Shown here piece by piece: positions 42,625 to 45,494 of a stretch of 45,494 nucleotides of DNA. The notes beneath the pieces were generated by a model. That model searched no databases. It saw nothing but the letters and a program-made list of their open reading frames with translations, and was not told where the DNA came from. The position numbers and the translations under genes were made by a program. Location of the stretch: the NCBI GenBank assembly GCA_045589295.1, contig JAZNOU010000018.1, forward strand, positions 1 through 45,494. The letters are read 5' to 3'. Every line of letters starts with the position of its first letter. Position 1 is the stretch's first letter. The stretch comes from Clostridia bacterium (GTDB lineage: Bacteria > Bacillota > Clostridia > RGIG6154).

Positions 42625-43148
42625 TGGAATACATAAGTATGCTTTGCGTTCCCTCCATCATATTAATTATAATAGTAAGCGGTTTTTGTGGGAAAGTCAG
42701 AATTTATGACGCATTTATGGACGGGGCAAAAGAGGGGCTTGTGACAGTTTTTAAAATTTTTCCGGCATTAGTAGGACTTATCGTTTCTGTTGGTATGTTG
42801 CGCGCTTCAGGGACACTAGAAATAATAACAAGCTTCTTAAAACCCGTTACAAGTCTTATAAATATGCCGTCCGAGGTAGTACCTCTTGCTCTTATGCGTC
42901 CTGTTTCAGGCAGTGGTGCTTTAGCGGTTATAACAGACATATTTGAAAACTACGGTCCGGACAGTTTTGTCGGGAGATGTGCGTCTGTTATGATGGGTTC
43001 CACCGAAACAACATTTTATACAATAGCGGTATATTACGGCTCTGTGGGTATAAATAAGGTTCGGCATACAATAAAATCCGCATTAATTGCGGATTTTACA
43101 GGTATGGTTTTAGCAGTAATTTTTACTTTGATTTTGTTCGGAAAGTAA
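42624..43148 (+). CDS. spmB: Spore maturation protein B
   Basis: RPVSGSG, GSTETTFYTIAVY. Confidence 0.93.
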   Translation: MEYISMLCVPSIILIIIVSGFCGKVRIYDAFMDGAKEGLVTVFKIFPALVGLIVSVGMLRASGTLEIITSFLKPVTSLINMPSEVVPLALMRPVSGSGALAVITDIFENYGPDSFVGRCASVMMGSTETTFYTIAVYYGSVGINKVRHTIKSALIADFTGMVLAVIFTLILFGK

Positions 43149-44576
43149 TTATCTTACAGTTATAACTTCCTCGGATTTGTTAACTTTTGCCTGCCATGCT
43201 AATGTCATTGGAGAAGCAGAATCATAATATCCAAAGTAAAGTTCATCAATTGTTATGTTTTCGTGCTTGGAACTCAGTTTGGTATAAAGCTCATCAATGA
43301 GTTCAAGCGGGTCACGGCTTATTCCACTTTCTGAGAGTGTATAGTTTTTAAGTTCTGCTTTTAGTGAGGTTATATATCCGTTTTTTACAGTAACTTCAAG
43401 GCCGTGCATATCAGATGCAACAGGGTTGCCACTGAATAAGTAGTCAAAAGTAAAGGTATACTCTCCTTCGGGATTTTCTAAAAGAGGTGAACTTATGAAC
43501 AGGGTGGTGTTCTTGTCAGCACGCGTATAACTCAGCATTGTGTCAATGAGCTTTGCACTGCCTGCGGCAGCAGTCGTTACACTGTTGTCTTCTCCTATCT
43601 TTATTCCTTTTGAAGAAACCGATGGAATGTATTCAATGTGTCCATTGTTGCCTAAAAGTAGTGTTGAGTTAGAATCAACATATAATGTAGTGTTGTCAGC
43701 CTGAACGAGTTTTCTGGCGGTGTATAGATTAAGTCTGAATAATTTCAAAAAATCATCCAGATTGTCCGAATTGCGCATATCAGTAAAAGATCTGTTTATA
43801 ACACTTAAGTTCACGCTGTTAAGAGGTAAAAGTACATAAGAGTCAATAACAATCTTCTGATGATTTCCTCCAACACCTTCAACACGCTTGTCTAGATTAA
43901 GTTCAAAGGAATAAGAAATATTGAACTGGCTTGCTGATGCAGATGCTAAAAGTATTTGCTCGAAAGTGTTTGGGTTTATAGGTGCATACATTGCTATTTG
44001 CTTGTTAGAAGAGCTGTTTCTAAAGTAAATAGGAACAGAAGAAGATGTAGCGGTATGCAAATTGACACAAATTTTATCAAAAGTGTCCATTATTTCAAAG
44101 TCAGTAGATTTTCCATTTAAGAAAACAGAAATTGCGTGAAAGCTTACAGGTACAGAATAGTCAGCGAAAATGCTTTTGTCTTTCAAAGCACTTTGCCACT
44201 CGTCTTCTGATATTTCTACTTGCTTGCTTTTTAAAAGAGCTTTTGAAATAGCGTTGTTTATCTGTTTTGTAATATCTTCACTTGTGGCTTGAGTGCTGTT
44301 ATAGCTTATACGACTTCCGTCGGCATAAGAAAGCATTGTGGTTTGTGGCGCAAAAATACTTTTTAAAGCACCGGTGTCGTCTATGTTCAAGGCCAGATCA
44401 TCTTTGCCTGTAATTCCATTCCACATACGACCTAAAAAAGTTTCAGAATATACAGAAAAGAAATCATAGCCGTCAGGCCACAATTTCTCGTCAAACCATA
44501 TTAAACCTGTAAGTATCATGCTGCTGCAAACGAGTACGGTGAGCAACAGTGATTTAATACGCTCCTTGGTTGTCAT
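43149..44576 (-). CDS. YycH-like membrane-anchored regulatory protein
   Basis: ERIKSLLLTVLV..S..LT..IW N-terminal anchor typical of YycH; large extracellular domain. Confidence 0.55.
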   Translation of the reverse strand: MTTKERIKSLLLTVLVCSSMILTGLIWFDEKLWPDGYDFFSVYSETFLGRMWNGITGKDDLALNIDDTGALKSIFAPQTTMLSYADGSRISYNSTQATSEDITKQINNAISKALLKSKQVEISEDEWQSALKDKSIFADYSVPVSFHAISVFLNGKSTDFEIMDTFDKICVNLHTATSSSVPIYFRNSSSNKQIAMYAPINPNTFEQILLASASASQFNISYSFELNLDKRVEGVGGNHQKIVIDSYVLLPLNSVNLSVINRSFTDMRNSDNLDDFLKLFRLNLYTARKLVQADNTTLYVDSNSTLLLGNNGHIEYIPSVSSKGIKIGEDNSVTTAAAGSAKLIDTMLSYTRADKNTTLFISSPLLENPEGEYTFTFDYLFSGNPVASDMHGLEVTVKNGYITSLKAELKNYTLSESGISRDPLELIDELYTKLSSKHENITIDELYFGYYDSASPMTLAWQAKVNKSEEVITVR

Positions 44577-44578
44577 GT

Positions 44579-45046
44579 TTAGCGTCCTTTCACTAATAAC
44601 TCATTTGCTATATTGATAGTGTAATCTCTCATCTTATCAGATAAACTGTAGCCTAATACATTAATTTCTCTTTTTACGATCTGGTGCTTTCCGTTTTTCT
44701 CGGCATAAACTATAACTTTATGAGCGCCTGTAGTAAAATTAACTTTCTTCCAGAAAACTCCAGAGGCATTTATTGTTACAGTAACGGGTTGAGCACCTGA
44801 CATAATAGGCATATATGTATCGTTTCCGTACATATAAAAAGTAACTTTTGTTCCTGGAGTACCATATCCACAGAATACAACACCTTTTTGAGTAGTAGAT
44901 GTAAAGTAAGGTGGATTAGTAATAACAATTATATCCGAAGTAGTAGAAGTAGTGCTTGGAGAGAGAGTTGCAGGAGCTGCCGACACATAAAGTGGTGCCA
45001 TCAAAACAACTATAGTACAAAGCAATAAAGATAAGATTTTTTTCAT
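44579..45046 (-). CDS. Hypothetical exported protein (Ig-like)
   Basis: Signal peptide MKKILSLLL...VSA; RBS AAGGAGG. Confidence 0.7.
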   Translation of the reverse strand: MKKILSLLLCTIVVLMAPLYVSAAPATLSPSTTSTTSDIIVITNPPYFTSTTQKGVVFCGYGTPGTKVTFYMYGNDTYMPIMSGAQPVTVTINASGVFWKKVNFTTGAHKVIVYAEKNGKHQIVKREINVLGYSLSDKMRDYTINIANELLVKGR

Positions 45047-45217
45047 TTCCAAGCCTCCTTTTATCAATAATTTAACATAATATCCTACAATCATTATAAT
45101 ATATTATTGTTACAGCAGTGTTACATCGCGGTTAAAATATGCTAACATTTAAAAGTTGCAAATTCTATATAATATAATAAGGAAGAAAAATATTTTAAAA
45201 ATTTTTTATAAAACCTA

Positions 45218-45368
45218 TTGACAAACAACATTAAAAGTGTTAAAATAATCAAGCTGTCGAAAAACAGCGAACACAATTTTAAAATATTTTAAAAATCTAT
45301 TGACAAAGTATTTTAATTGTGTTAAAATAAAATTCCACCGCAAAAAAGTGGTGATTGGACATTGAAAA
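45218..45368 (+). promoter_or_regulatory. Tandem rRNA-operon-type promoters P1/P2 with boxB/boxA-like leader
   Basis: TTGACA-17-TAAAAT at 45218-45246 and 45300-45328, both with TG extension and AT-rich UP elements. Hairpin CCAC..GTGG, then GACATTGAAAA (45358-45368). No ORF follows. Confidence 0.75.
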
Positions 45369-45494
45369 TTATATAGCAACCAGCAAAGGTTCTCGTAAAA
45401 TTTTACAAAGCAGTAAAATCAATTAATTTGAGAAGTACAGATTTGAAATGAGCTAAAGCTTGTTTATGAATTTGAGTTTAAGTTAATTCTTGAT

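Noticed and set aside
45369-45494. 16S rRNA gene
   Set aside because: The conserved AGAGTTTGATC start is not reached; only promoter/leader-like sequence is present.

Overview
AT-rich Bacillota (Clostridia-like, spore-forming: sigH, spmAB) chromosome segment with two parts. (1) 1-19371 is accessory DNA at a tRNA-Trp integration hotspot. It holds the right end of an upstream island (Mn-catalase cargo, 3'-half tRNA-Trp fragment at 895-939), then a complete ~18.4-kb element bounded by a 13-bp direct repeat (927-939 / 19359-19371). The two junctions rebuild a 50-bp serine-integrase-type attP. The element carries a large serine recombinase, a DUF927-like AAA+ helicase, a rolling-circle-type Rep, an excisionase-like HTH, a DUF960 / Zn-finger amidoligase / class II glutamine amidotransferase operon, candidate defence genes (Abi-alpha-like, Fic, AbiJ-NTD/HEPN, truncated REase-STAND), and a small resolvase followed by orphan polymorphic toxin-immunity cassettes. 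(2) 19372-45494 is core genome: atpIBEFHAGDC with a Na+-type c subunit, a Gfo/Idh/MocA oxidoreductase, hisZ-ECF sigma-anti-sigma, rpsF-ssb-rpsR, ymdB, secA-prfB(+1 frameshift)-prfA, sigH, spmAB, a yycH-like gene and tandem rRNA-operon-type promoters at the window end. All family assignments come from motif recognition by eye; no database search was run.
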